DNA of 64,000 nt from Carpediemonas membranifera BICM (taxonomy: Eukaryota > Protista > Fornicata): contig JAHDYR010000007.1 of the NCBI GenBank assembly GCA_019828565.1, positions 256,273 through 320,272 on the forward strand. Reading direction: 5' to 3'. Under the pieces are notes generated by a model. The model saw only the letters and a program-made list of their open reading frames with translations. It did not search any database and was not told where the DNA came from. This document shows, in pieces, positions 22,901 through 34,345 of the stretch (position 1 is the stretch's first letter; each line of letters begins with the position of its first letter). Position numbers and translations under genes: made by a program.

Positions 22901-23908
22901 ACGCACATCTCCGTCATCATAGATATGTGTAGTAGGTGGACCGAGTTGGTTCCAGTTACAGGTACGACTGCGCAAGCCGCAGTTACGGCGTTCGTTAATA
23001 ACTGGGTCTTACGCTATGGCTGCCCCGAGGTCTTACAGACTGACGGCGGGCCCGAGTTTAACAATCAGCTCATGAAGTCCCTGGCCGACGAGATGGGTTT
23101 CCACACCCATGTTACGACTCCACATCACCCGCAATCTAATGGCATCGTCGAACGGGCCAACAGTGGAGTTCTCAAAATCTTGAAGGCCAGAAAGTTCCAT
23201 TTCCGGGACGCGGACTGGGTCAAGCACTTACCTGTCGCACAATTTATCGTCAATTCGACGCCCAGGATACCCACTCACCTCTCACCATCCGAGATCATAC
23301 TAGGTGTCAACATCAGGATCTCGAACGAGATCATCATCTGCACCCACTCGACTAGCGCCAGAATACAGGACAGACGCGCGGCGGCTGGCCAAGCCATCCA
23401 GCTAGCGAAGGCTAGAATTCAGGCAATGAGAGAGGACGCTCTCGCAAACGCCGCATCGTCACGTCAGGAGTTACTGTGCCGGTTCGTGTTGGTCAAGTAC
23501 CCAGCCAGACCTCCCAACAAGCTGATGCCAGGATGGCGAGGGCCCATGCGACGGGTCAGTGCGGTTAAGCAAGATGGCGTGACGGTCGCCTATGAAGTTC
23601 AGGACCTCAACCAGGGAAGCCAAGGCAAGATATTGAAGGTCGACGCCTCGCGCGTACGCAGATTTAACCCTGGCAATCTATCCGAGCGAGAGATCAAGGA
23701 CTTGGCCGCCACGGCGAACGATGAGTGGGAAGTGGACCGTATTTCCAAATCGCGAGGGAACGGAACACGAACCAAACGCGAATACCGCGTTCACTGGTCT
23801 GGTTTCGAGGACGAGGAGGCGACATGGCAGGATTGGGACTCCGTCAAGGACCTGGAAGCATTAGATATATATTTGAAGTCTGACCAAGCCAAACTGGACG
23901 GTCTATAA
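19973..23908 (+). CDS. Element B single-ORF Gag-Pol (1311 aa)
   Basis: Two CX2CX4HX4C knuckles, LIDSGA, YIDD, TDASG, HHCC, D..D..E, GPM, and chromodomain EWEVDRI...VHWSGF. Confidence 0.97.
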   Translation: MLKKSDPPLLKSPDLNELFIFVDKFNDYRALGGKRDIEKLIDSEVREMVTAILPADDLDDAEEEISLLLNQHHRAARSRAQKDLKIIKRLGRALRPTQEVNKLRLFRITAKDFSPIEVARVNKKFRITMAVVQPEFPLETLRDIYVRCFKFGSNQTMYRIKEVIQDMSLEDAMPRVLALSRTVQESTAIANAFQDKPSNAEHHHTSRNSHRRNDRKPQSRPTEDRSHAIRPEHASTKPIDKKGRRDHSQFTCYNCGGKGHAVYECKKPKNKCQKCGKSGHLDRFCKSPQYLSLFSMTSHKRKDSLPLCKVKVEGRDVVALIDSGANCSTISPKLTKGMTRISDEERSVRTAKGTIQSQGSVQGNIKLMPSAFTPKAVSFKPELIVLDTEFDVVLGYPHLVELGILPDVNVESGEYSDEVQVPEAFKHNAAIFSLSDQSTKSQAELIKRFSDLFQDRDEPSRLEPYDLVLKDDRVVNARPYYVPPAKIHVVREHIDTLLAKKYIEACQSQYASPAMTVPKKGGKSRFVVDFRRINELTEPFDYPIPRIDEVLSQLAGQKIFATLDLSSGYHQIPLTERSRPLTAFTTVLGQYQYRRMPFGLRNAGAHFQKAMERAFAGLVGSSCYIYIDDIIVFGSDEAEYLANLERVLDRARKVKLQLNREKCQFGRQEVEFLGWVVNDGQVSIAPSRVDDIANLQMPTSIKGMQGLVGFLNYFRDHIPHFAEIGHPLIKAMSGHTSLGLTAQQEALDKLKQSLTSADALAIFDATKEHSIMTDASGVGYGAVLLQEGKPVCYMSKAFNATQSRWSTIEKEAYAIVAALQRWRKFLAWGPFSILTDHRNLTFMYRSINPKVRRWADAISDLDFEIKHVAGLDNGAADGLSRVFTMFTRKATTDEIEEAHTTAGAHLSRRLTTEKLRAEGLSVSRAAVDQVIAACPVCQVLERPHVDTPDGLHTAVDEPFKRVAIDTLGPFPKSQGFTHISVIIDMCSRWTELVPVTGTTAQAAVTAFVNNWVLRYGCPEVLQTDGGPEFNNQLMKSLADEMGFHTHVTTPHHPQSNGIVERANSGVLKILKARKFHFRDADWVKHLPVAQFIVNSTPRIPTHLSPSEIILGVNIRISNEIIICTHSTSARIQDRRAAAGQAIQLAKARIQAMREDALANAASSRQELLCRFVLVKYPARPPNKLMPGWRGPMRRVSAVKQDGVTVAYEVQDLNQGSQGKILKVDASRVRRFNPGNLSEREIKDLAATANDEWEVDRISKSRGNGTRTKREYRVHWSGFEDEEATWQDWDSVKDLEALDIYLKSDQAKLDGL

Positions 23909-23950
23909 ATCTTCACCACATCTAATCGCTCCAGCGTCAAGTCATCAGAT

Positions 23951-25010
23951 TTATTCGTCGTCCGACTCCTCGGTATCGGTCAGCTCGACCAACCAAGACG
24001 CGTCAGCGTGGCGCTCAAGATCGTGCTCAGCAAGATAGTCGCGCACACAACGGACGAGACAGAGATCGGCGTTCAGCCAGACGATGCTGAGGCCAGAGTA
24101 ACCCTCATACTGGAGTATGAGAGCGAAGGTCCCAGGTCCACGAGTCGTTTTGAGGAATTCATGACGGACAACACACGTCACGGTGTAGTAACGGTCCGGG
24201 TCCGAGACCTGAATAGGCTCCCAGTGGACCTCGTCACCGATCGCAGGCAGGTGACCCTCGCGACACAGCTCGTCGACCAGGGTCGCCCAGAAGGCGCTGG
24301 GAGCTGAGATGCAGCGGCTGATCCCGAAGAGTGCCACTCGGAAGTAATCGGGCGAGAGGACGAGGATCAGCAGGCGGTTGAGGTATCCGCGAGCCGTGGT
24401 ATCCGACGTGACACCGGCAGCAGCGCGAACTGCGGCCACGAGCCCGGCAGAGTAGCGCCCACTACCGGTCAGGCTGATGTCGCCACTCCGGAGGGCTGCT
24501 GAGACGATATCGCCATCAGTGAGCGTCGGGCACAGCTTGATCTTGAGGTGGGTCACCACCCCAGCGAGAGCGAACTGGCAGTAAGCCACGAGGTTAAGAA
24601 TCTGGCGAGACTTCTTAACATCGGTGACTACCGCGGCGTCGTGGAGGCGACCCTGCTCAATGGCGTCGAAGATACGCTGAAGAGGCATTTCAATCGAGTT
24701 GCTGTAGCCATTCAGGCGCCGGGAGACCTCAGCTCTGATGTCGCGGGGAAGATTCATAGATGCCGTCACGGGTCGAGTAACACGCTCTGCGGCTTGTACA
24801 CGGTGCCTGGATGAGTGGTTGATTGATATTTGTTACTTACAGGTTACCGGAGGCCAAGCGCTTGCGCTGAGTACGTGTTTGAGCACGAAGAGAACGACAG
24901 ACGGCGGAATGAGCGGAAACAAGAGGCTTAGTGAGTTCCTCGTCACCAATTTCGGCGATTTTAGCGCGAATAGTATCCAGAATTGCTTCTACGGCGGCGT
25001 TGTCCGACAT
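23951..25010 (-). CDS. Antisense two-exon accessory gene of element B (exons 25010-24841 and 24806-23951; 341 aa; chromodomain-like C-terminus)
   Basis: Removing the 34-nt GTAAGT...CAG intron (24840-24807) fuses the two ORFs in frame (SGNL-HRVQAAERVTR). Homologous to the gene in C. Alternative ATG at 25031. Confidence 0.85.
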
Positions 25011-25880
25011 CAACTGAGTTGACGGCGACATATTCTGCACTTTTGGAACAATCGGTTTCAGGACGAAACCTAGAGCAGTAATAGGACGCCAAATCAAGCT
25101 AATTCATCTATTTACTAAGCGCTGTAGCCTATTAGCTCCATCGGAAGCCGATTGATGTTGTTAATGAAGTACGAGCGCGCCAGGAAAAATGAAAGGCCCA
25201 AAACTCGCCAACGAAGGCCTTTTGGAGCCTCTTTATGCCTTTTTCGGCGTCTGCGTAAGTTTCAGCGCAAATGGTACAGTACTTCTTCTTATTCTTCTAG
25301 ACGCCGAGATCAACCCTCGAATTACTTAGAAGCATGCGTAACACGTAATATTTTTCGAGACACGGCCATATGAGGCCGTGGAGGGGCAGGGATAAGCCTC
25401 TATGAATACGGGTGAACCCTAGCCGTCCGTTTGACTGTCATTGACGTTGGTAAGTTCGGACCCTATATGCGGTTCATGAGGGCGGTGAAGCCCTGGTAAG
25501 ACTATCTTAACACGTAACATAGCAATTGCTTACACAGTGGATCCACGTTATCATACACAGCTGTCGGGTTTTATTCCCATGTCACCGTTGGTGATACCAT
25601 AATTCCGTATCGGAAGACCGCGGGTCGGGCGTTGCCCACTCCACTGCCAATGGAGTAGACCGTTGCATAGCTTGGGTGGCACCAAACTATAACACGGATG
25701 ACCCTAGGCCAACCTAACCCCCGTAACTCGTTGAGTGTCATGCCTATTACCCAGGCATGGAGGGGCAGTGTGGTGGTCATAGACCACACTAATCATTTAT
25801 ACAGTTTAAGCCATTTATTGGCACAAGGGTTTTCTCTTCTTCTTTCCCTGTAAAAGCATTCTCCGCATTAGCGAGGCACA

Positions 25881-26165
25881 GTTTGATTGACTTAGGAGGG
25901 GGCGCTTTGGCGTGACCCCCCCTTTGGCTGTCGCTGCAGCCCACTGGCAGTGCCCTTCTTGGCTAATGCCAGGTCCTGGGTGGGAGCCAGGATTGTGTTT
26001 GTAAAAGAATCTGATAATTTTCTGTTGTTGAAGAAGAATCTGTTTACCTGCTTACCCCACTCAGTCCTCCTCCTTGTCCTCCACATCCTCATCGCTGTCC
26101 TCTGAGTCCAGTAGCTTGATCAGCTTCTTGATCCTCTTGAGAGTGTTTACGATAGGGTTCAAACC
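25881..26165 (-). mobile_element. LINE remnant: acidic ORF1 C-terminus plus inter-ORF structured RNA (25890-25993)
   Basis: Reads ...KKLIKLLDSEDSDEDVEDKEED*, then a spacer and a close homolog of 7977-8077. Confidence 0.7.
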
Positions 26166-29100
26166 ACCAATATACTAAAATGGTGGAAACTAAATATATC
26201 ATATCTGGCGATATTGCTGGCATGGTGATGCATGGTGGCAACAGTGCCTCCCTCTTATTTACTTTTTGAACGTTTTGGAGCTTTTCTTGCAATTATACAT
26301 TTGTGTAAATGCGGAGCGTACGTTTTGGGGCGTCCGAGGGTTGGAATCTGTAATGACGCTATGAAAGCTACATTAAGCGATACTTGATGCATTGTCTTCG
26401 AAAAACGTATTATTAGGGCTCAACAACGCTTCATTGGCGAGTTTCAGACAAGTTCTTCTTTGGCTGGTGAAAAATGGCGGGCGATGCTGCTAATCCTTGT
26501 CCTTTCATGCAAATAACAACATCAATGTCTTATAGAAGCTAGGTCTGTGTTGCTGCTGTGCTGTTAACGTTTAACTTCGTGTTCAAGCTCAGGATGCTGA
26601 GCGAAGTACTTATCGATGGCTTCAAGGGACCGAACGTCAGCCCACTGGAGCCACGAGGCTTCTTCAGGCTCAAAGCCCGCCCATTGTACCTCGAACTCAT
26701 AGCCAGTTCTGGTCTTTCTGTGTGCTGAGACCTCTGAAACTATGTACTCGTCGCTGTCGGTGGCGGCTAGAGCCTTCAACTCCCTGAGCGTTAATTTGCC
26801 TTGCTCGAAGGGGTGGCATCTTGAAATGTGGACTCGTAGTGACTTGTGAGTGTTGAGGTCCTCTACGATGAGGGTGGCAGGGGTGTTGAACTCATTGCAC
26901 TCGTACCCCGTGACTCGTAGGGGACCGCGGTAGCGTGCCACTGTAATCGTTGGTCTGAACGATGGGTAGCTCAGTAGGATAAACTCTGGTAGAGCTGGAG
27001 TGACGCGTCAGTGGCCTGGGACAACACAGCTTGTACGCGTTCAGCTTGTTTCGACTTAGCGGTGGCTATGGCGGCTTCGGCTGCTCGTCTTAGGTTGAGC
27101 GGGGTATCAGAAGCAGGGTTTCCCATGATGAGTTCGCGGCCAAACACGATTTCGTTGGGGGAGACGCCAAGTGATGAATGCCTCGCTGAATTGAGGATGG
27201 CTTGAATGAAGGGGATGTGTTGCGACCAGCGATCGAGGTGCTTGATCTCTAATCTCGCCATCATGTGGGCGTTGATTTCACGATTAACTCTCTCAACTAT
27301 CCCATTGCTCTGGTGATAAAAACCAGTTGTTAAACCAGTTGTTGACTACACACAAGGCTGCTTCTTCTGCCGTCGTTGACTTGATCGGGGTTATCTCAAC
27401 ATATCTTGAGAATAAGTCCACCATGACCAGGACGTGTTGGAACTCACCATCGACAGGGTAGGGGCCCATCGTGTCAATGCACAGTGTGTCCATAGGGAAT
27501 GGGGCCTGGAGGTTCAGGTCAAATGACGACATCGGTCTGGTCGGTACTGTCTTCTGGCAGACAGGGCAGTGTGAGATGACGTCTGCGACAGATTGTCTCA
27601 TGCTGGGCCATGCATGTCCGTCGGCGCGCAGCTGCTGTACTGTTCTGTTCACGGAGAGGTGCAGGCCGCCGAGGGTGTGATGTTCCTTGATGATGGCCGC
27701 ATGGGGGTTAACTTCGGCGTTCGTTAAGGCTGTGTACACACGAGATAGGCCATCAGCGGCGCCATTTGCAACACCAGGCACATGGATCACGTCGTAGCTG
27801 AACTGTTCGAGGAGGAGGCTCCATCTGGCGACTTTGGCGTTAGCACTTTGGTGCATCCGAGTGAGATTGTGGTGGTCGGTGGCAATTGTGAAGAATGCCC
27901 ATCGGAGATAGCGTTCGGCCTTTGACAGACAATATACTACCGCATACATCTCTTTCTCGATAGTTGGCCAGCGCTTTTGGGGGCCGGTGAGCGCCTTCGA
28001 CAGATACATTAAAGGCTTGTTGTCCTGAAGTAGAACTCCTCCCACGCCATAGTCGGAGGCGTCAGTGATGAGTTTCAGCTTTGCTCTCGGGTTATAGTGT
28101 ACAAGAGTTGGAGCTGATGTGAGGCGGGCTATAATGATATCGAATGCCGACTGGGACTCGGGTGTCCACGAGAACTGCTTGTGTTTTGTGATCTCGTATA
28201 GTGGAGCTGATATGGTGGCGAAGTCGCTCCCGAGGTAGTCATGGAAGAAGTTGACGAGACCAAGGAAGGAGCGAACTCCGGATACCGTTGACGGGGGTTT
28301 CATCTTCGTGAGGGCATCAATACAGGCTGGGTCGATCTGTTTCCCCTCTGGTGTGATGAGCCACCCTAAATGTTCAAACTTCCTGAGTCCAAACTGAGAC
28401 TTGTCGAGGTTGACACGGAGATTCAGCTCTCGGCAGCGTTATAGTACCTCCTTGAGATTGGCAATGAGGTCATCCTCACACTCTGCGAAGATTACAACGT
28501 CATCTTGGTAAACTAGGCACTTGGAGTAGAGGAGGTTATCCAAAGCTGTGGTTCAATGGGTGTTGAACTTTTACAGAGGAGAAGACTCGACACGAGGGTG
28601 TCGAGGAGAAACTCCTTGACTATTAAATATAACGTAAATCTGTGTAACTTTGGGTAGGACCCACAACACTGCCCCTCCATGCCTGGTATAGGCATGACAG
28701 AGAGACTTGACGTCAGCATTTCACCAAAGGCCTGGACGGTGCCACCCGACCGCCAACGGTGACTCATAGGGCTGGCAACCCCATGGCCTGAGTGCTTTCG
28801 CATCTAGCTGAACGAAATCAAAATGATGGTATCATGATCTAACTGCGGTACCGCTATGTGAGCTCTGTTTCAAAAATGGTGAAACGTGACGGAGAGGCTT
28901 ACCACTGCCCCTCCACGGCCTTCCTAGGCCGTCTTCACAAACCATATACGTGTTATATGCCATGCCATGTAATTCGAAGGCCAAGAACGATTGCTCTAGC
29001 AAACACTGCCAATGCTGAGCCCTTATCGCTCATGATCACACAGACGCCGAAAAACGTACTTAGAAGCTCCAATTCGGCTCCGTTGAGGAGTTCTGAGGCT

Positions 29101-29284
29101 TCTAATTTTCTGCGTCCAACTGTACTTGAATAACAACATCAAACTGACCGGAAGGAGCACTAGGAAGCTCCTAATGCCTTATTACCGACAATAAATGCAT
29201 GCTTGAAGACCAAGATGACCTTGTTAGTTGTTCCTTCGACCGTTTCCGAGAAAAGTGCAGGATATGTCGCCGTCAACTCATTTG

Positions 29285-30368
29285 ATGTCGGACAACACAG
29301 CCGTAGAGGCTGTTCTGAAGGAAATTCGTGCCAAAATCACCGAACTTGGTGATGACGATCTGGCTAGGCCACTTATTGTTGCCCATACGTCCGTTTGTCG
29401 TTCCCTTCGCGCTCAGAAGTATCGTGGACGCAAGCGCATGATCACCGACAATCTGTAAGTAACAAACATCAACCGTGAGGTTATATAGTCACCGCGTGCA
29501 AGCCTCAGAACGCATCACTCGCACCCTGACGATGACGACTCTGATGCCCCACGACATCAAGGCCGAGGTTGCCCGACGCCTGGAAGGTTACACCAACTCC
29601 ATCGAGCTGCCGCTCCAGCGAATCTTTGACGCTATTGAGCAAGGTCGTCTGAACGACGCAGCCGTAGTGCAGGACGTGAAGCTGACCCAGCAGGTCTTGG
29701 CTCTCGTGGCTCACTGCCAGGTCGCGCTTGCCGGTGTGAGGGCCCACCTCAAGCTCGGCAGGAAGCGCTTGACCGATGGCGACATCGTGTCGGCCGCGAT
29801 CCGGGGCCGCGACATCACGCTGGGTGGGTCTTCACCCGGTAATGGTCACTACTCTGCAGCTCTCGTGGCGGCTGTGCGGACTGCCGGCGGGGTCAAGTCG
29901 GACACTACAGCGCGCGGATATCTTAACCGCCTGTTGGTCCTCGTCCTCGCACCGGACTACTTCCGTGTCGCTGTCTACGGCATCAGCCGGCGCATCCCGG
30001 CTCCCAACGACTTCTGGGCAACCCTGGTCAGCCGCTTGTGCCACGACGGCTACCTGCCCGCCATTGGCGATGAGGCTCACTGGGAGCCGCTTCAGGTCTC
30101 TGATCCGGACCGCTACTACACTGTCACGTGCGTAGTCCGTCACGAGTATCTGAAGACGACTTGTGGTCCCGGGTCTTTTGTGTTGATCCTGCAGTATGAC
30201 GGATACTCGGGACTCAGCATCGTGTCCCTCAACGCTGATCTCTGCCTTGTCCGGTGTGTGCGAGAGTACTTGGCTGAGAACGCCCTTGAGCGCCACGCTG
30301 ACCCGACTTGGTTGGTCGAGCTGACGGACACGGAGGAGACGGAAGACGAGGAATCTAGCTCTGAATAA
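29285..30368 (+). CDS. Antisense two-exon accessory gene of element C (exons 29285-29454 and 29489-30368; 349 aa; chromodomain-like C-terminus)
   Basis: 34-nt GTAAGT...TAG intron at 29455-29488, at the same codon and phase as in B (TDNL-HRVQASERITR). AATAAA overlaps the stop. Alternative ATG at 29264. Confidence 0.85.
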
Positions 30369-30410
30369 ATCGTTTGTTCCTCGAGGAGACAGCTTCGATG
30401 TTGAGAAGTT

Positions 30411-33400
30411 TTACAGACCGTCTCGCTTGGCTTGGTCAGACTTCAAATATGTATCGAGGGCTTCCAAATCTTTGACGTGCGAATAAGGTTCGAATGAAGC
30501 CTCTGAATCCTCGAATCCGACCCAGTGTACGAGGTACTCGCGCCTTGACTTGGGGCCCGAGCCTCTAGAGCGTGAGATGCGCTCGACATGCCACTCATCG
30601 ACGGAAGCGGCTGCGAGGTCATAGATCTGTTGCTCCGAGAGCTTGCCTGGGTCAAATCTTCGCACACGTGCCGCGTCTACCTTGATAGTTGGACCGTCCG
30701 CTGACTGACTGAGGTCTTGGACCTCATATGCGACGACAACACCATTACGTTTGACGGCTGCGACACGCCTCATGGGGCCGCGCCAGCCCGGGGCTAGCTT
30801 GCTCGGTGGTCTTGGGTAGTATTTGACCAGCACGAAACGGCTCAATATCTCGCTTCTCGATGAGGTTGCCTTTGCGAGAGCGTCTTCGCGCATGGCTCTA
30901 ATCCTTGCTTTGGCGAGTTGGATGGCGGCATCGGCTGCGGCTAGCTTCGACTGTGGCGGACCAGCCGAGGCGGCATCCGTGATATAGATCGATGACGGTA
31001 TTGATAAGTTGGCGCCAAACATGATCTCGGCCGGAGTCAACCGGGTCGGGATCCTGGGCATTGAGTTGACCAAGAATTGGGCGACTGGTAGGTGTGCTAC
31101 CCAATCGTTATTCCTTAACTCCAGCTTCCTGGCTCTGAGGATGCGTTCGACCTCCTTGTTCGCGCGTTCGACGACACCGTTGCTCTGGGGATGGTATGCT
31201 GTCGTTATGTGGACGTCGAACCCCATCTCTTCGGAGAGGCGTTTGAACAGAGCGTTTTTGAACTCTGAGCCCCCATCCGATTGGACGACTTCGGGGCATC
31301 CGTATCGTAGAATCCAGGTGTTGACCAATGCGTTGGCTGCGTCTTTGGCTGAGGTGCTGTTGACCGGGACTAGCTCTGTCCAGCGGGAGCACATGTCGAT
31401 CATTACTGTCACGTAGGACAGGCCGTTGACCGTCGGTAGCGGACCCATGGTGTCAATGGCCACACGCCGGAACGGGAGGTCTACAGCTGTATGCAGGCCG
31501 TCGGGCGTATCAACAGGAGGGCGGGCCAAGACTTGGCACTCTGGACACGCGGTAATCACGTCGTCTACGACTTGACGGGAGACAGACAAACCGTCGGCCC
31601 TAAGTTGCTCGGTTGTCATCCGGCGAGACAGATGAGCTCCTGCTGTGAGATGAGCGCGGGATACCTGATCCCTCGACGCCTGTTGCATGGAGAATACTCG
31701 AGAGACCGTCGGCTCCACCGTTGTCCAGACCGGCGATGTGCTGTAGGGTGAAATCTAAATCGGCGATCGAATCAGCCCACCGGCGGACCTTGGCGTTGGT
31801 GGACCGGTACATATAGAGTAGGTTCCGGTGATCCGTGGGAATAGTAAAGCTCTCCCAGCACAGGAACTTGCGCCATCGTTGTAACGCTGCCACGATAGCG
31901 TAGGCTTCTTTCTCACCGGTGCACCAGCGTGACTGGACGTCGTTGAACGCACGCGACATATAGCAAACTGGTCGGCCCTCTTGGAGTAAGACTGCTCCGT
32001 ACCCGACATCGGATGCGTCAGTCATGACGGTGTGAGGCTTAGTCGCGTCGAACATGGCTAGAGCGTCGGCCGAATATAAAGCTTGTTTCAGATCGTCCAG
32101 CGACTTCTGAAGAACGTCTCGAGGGGGTCTGCCGACCGGACATGGCGTCTAGCAGAGGCTTAGCTCGGACCGCGAAGTTGGGTATGTAATCGCGGAAATA
32201 GTTGAGGAATCCGTTGAGACCCTGCATGCCCTTCGTGGATGAAGACAGCTTGAGGTTCGCGATATCTTCGGTCCGCTGGGGTGAGATCTTCACGCTGCCT
32301 TGGGATATGATCCACCCGAGGAACTCGACCTCTTGCCGACCGAACTGGCACTTATCTCGGCCGAGCTGAAGGTTAAGCTTGTCAACGCGTTGCATGACTT
32401 TTTCGAGGTTTCCCAGGTACTCGTCCTCATCCGCACCCATGACGATGATGTCATCAATATATATGACACAGGCGGAGCCCACCAGACCCTTGAACCCGTC
32501 TTCCATCGCCCTCTGGAAGTACGCTCCGGCGTTACGTAAGCCGAAGGGCATCCGTGTATATTGGTATTGACCAAAAACAGTACGGAAGGCGGTTAGGTGA
32601 CGGCACCGTTCAGTAAGAGGGATCTGATGGTATCCTGCTGACAAGTCTAGGGTAGCGAACACAGACTTTCCGGACAGTTGAGTGAGAACTTCGTCTATGC
32701 GAGGGATGGGGTAGTCGAATGGTTCCGTTAGTTGATTGATCTCGCGGAAGTCGACGACAAAACGCGTCTTTCCCCCCTTCTTTGGGACTATGATGGTAGG
32801 GCTCGCGTATTGAGACTGGCATGCCTCGATGTAGCGCTTTGCCAGGAGCGTATTAATGTGCTCTTGAATGATCGGGACTTTCGGCGGGGGAACATAGTAC
32901 GGCCGAATGTGTACGACTCTGTCGCCCTTGAGGACCAAATCATACGGTTCGAGCCGGCTTGGCTCGGTACGGTCCACGAATGTCCGGGCGTAACGCTTGA
33001 GGATGTCGGCCTGCCTCTGAGAAAAGGAATAGGACATGGCTCTGGCTTGCGCGACGTACTTCTCGAATGTAGGTGGTTCGTCGCTGGCTGCGAGCTCGCT
33101 GGTAGGCTCAGACAACGAAGGGAGAAGGCCGATCTCCACCATCTGAGGGTAACCCAGGCATACGTCGAAAGCAGTCGACAGGACGTAGGCCTTAATAGTG
33201 ATAGAGCATCCGCGCGGAGTGAATGGCGAGGGCGCTAAGACGAGGCGGAAGGATACCTGACCCTCGGCCTCTCTGACGCCGCCCACTGTCTCGATAAGTG
33301 TCTTCTCGTGTGAGATCCACTTCACTGCCTTGCCGTGGCAGAGCTTGGGGTCAATGGTTGCGCAGTCAGCGCCCGAGTCGAACAGGACGGACACGACTTG

Positions 33401-34345
33401 CTTAAGAATGCTAGCCTTGACGGAGGGGAGGACACTCTGACGGGAACCGAGAGAAAACACACAACGAGCTGAATTTACCTCAGAACGGCAGAATTCAGCT
33501 CGGTGGCCCGGCTTCTGGCACTTGGAACAGGTTGTCTTCGGAGCAGGGCATCGGCGAGCGGAGTGACCGACCTTACCGCAGTTGAAGCACACGAATGGCT
33601 TCTTCTCGTGCTTGGGCTTGTCGATCGGCTTGCCTTTTGAGGGGGCTACGTTCGTGCGGTCAGGCTCGCGTCGATGAGGGTTCTTCGGACCGCTCCCCGT
33701 GTGCCGTGTATGGGAGGGCGTGGTGTTGGTACGCTGTGAGTCGGAGACCCCCGCAGCGCCGAAGGAAGCGATCATCTCATTGGACTCCTTGAGGTCGCGT
33801 GACATGACGAGGACATCAGCCATTGCGTCCTTGAGATCCTTGCGCTCCGTTGATTCTCTGACTCGATACATGATGCGACTGTTGTTGGGGAACTTGAAGC
33901 AGCGGCTGTACGTCTCCTTCAAGACGTCCTCGGGATCTTCGGGTTGAACGAGCTTCAAGAGCAGATTGAATCGGCGGTTCACTCGAGCAACCTCATCAGG
34001 CTCGAAGGACTTGGCGGGGACTCGGAAGAGCTGTAGACGCATGCTCGGGCGAGAAGGTCGAAGGGCAGCACCGAGGCGCTTGAGGACTCGTTCATCTTGG
34101 GCTGCGACACGACGTTTCTTACGGAGCTTCGCGGAGAGCAGGAGAGGAGTGTCTTCAACCTCTTCGTCGTCGTTAAGGCCTGCTAGCTCTGCTATGCTAG
34201 GCTCGATGAGGTCAATAACATCATCGCGGCCGCCTAAGGCGCGATGATCGTGGAGGTTATCCGCAAAGTCCAAAAGAGCGTCCATGGAGGACTTCTTCAG
34301 GAGAGGCGGATTCTTCTTCAGGCTTCTGTAAGTTTCCGTACCCAT
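30411..34345 (-). CDS. Element C Gag-Pol (two frameshifts, near 32110 and 31720)
   Basis: ORFs 34345-32039, 32055-31600 and 31718-30411 are collinear with the element B protein. Confidence 0.93.

Larger units (their letters stand above)
19841..25880 (+). mobile_element. Intact Ty3/Gypsy chromovirus element B (6040 bp)
   Basis: Identical 112-bp LTRs at 19841-19952 and 25769-25880. PPT GGAGGGGCAG at 25759-25768. Single intact gag-pol ORF. No matching TSD. Confidence 0.97.

Noticed and set aside
29000-29050. ACACTGCCAATGC resembling the 5' part of a twister ribozyme
   Set aside because: The downstream pseudoknot partners and closing stem are absent.
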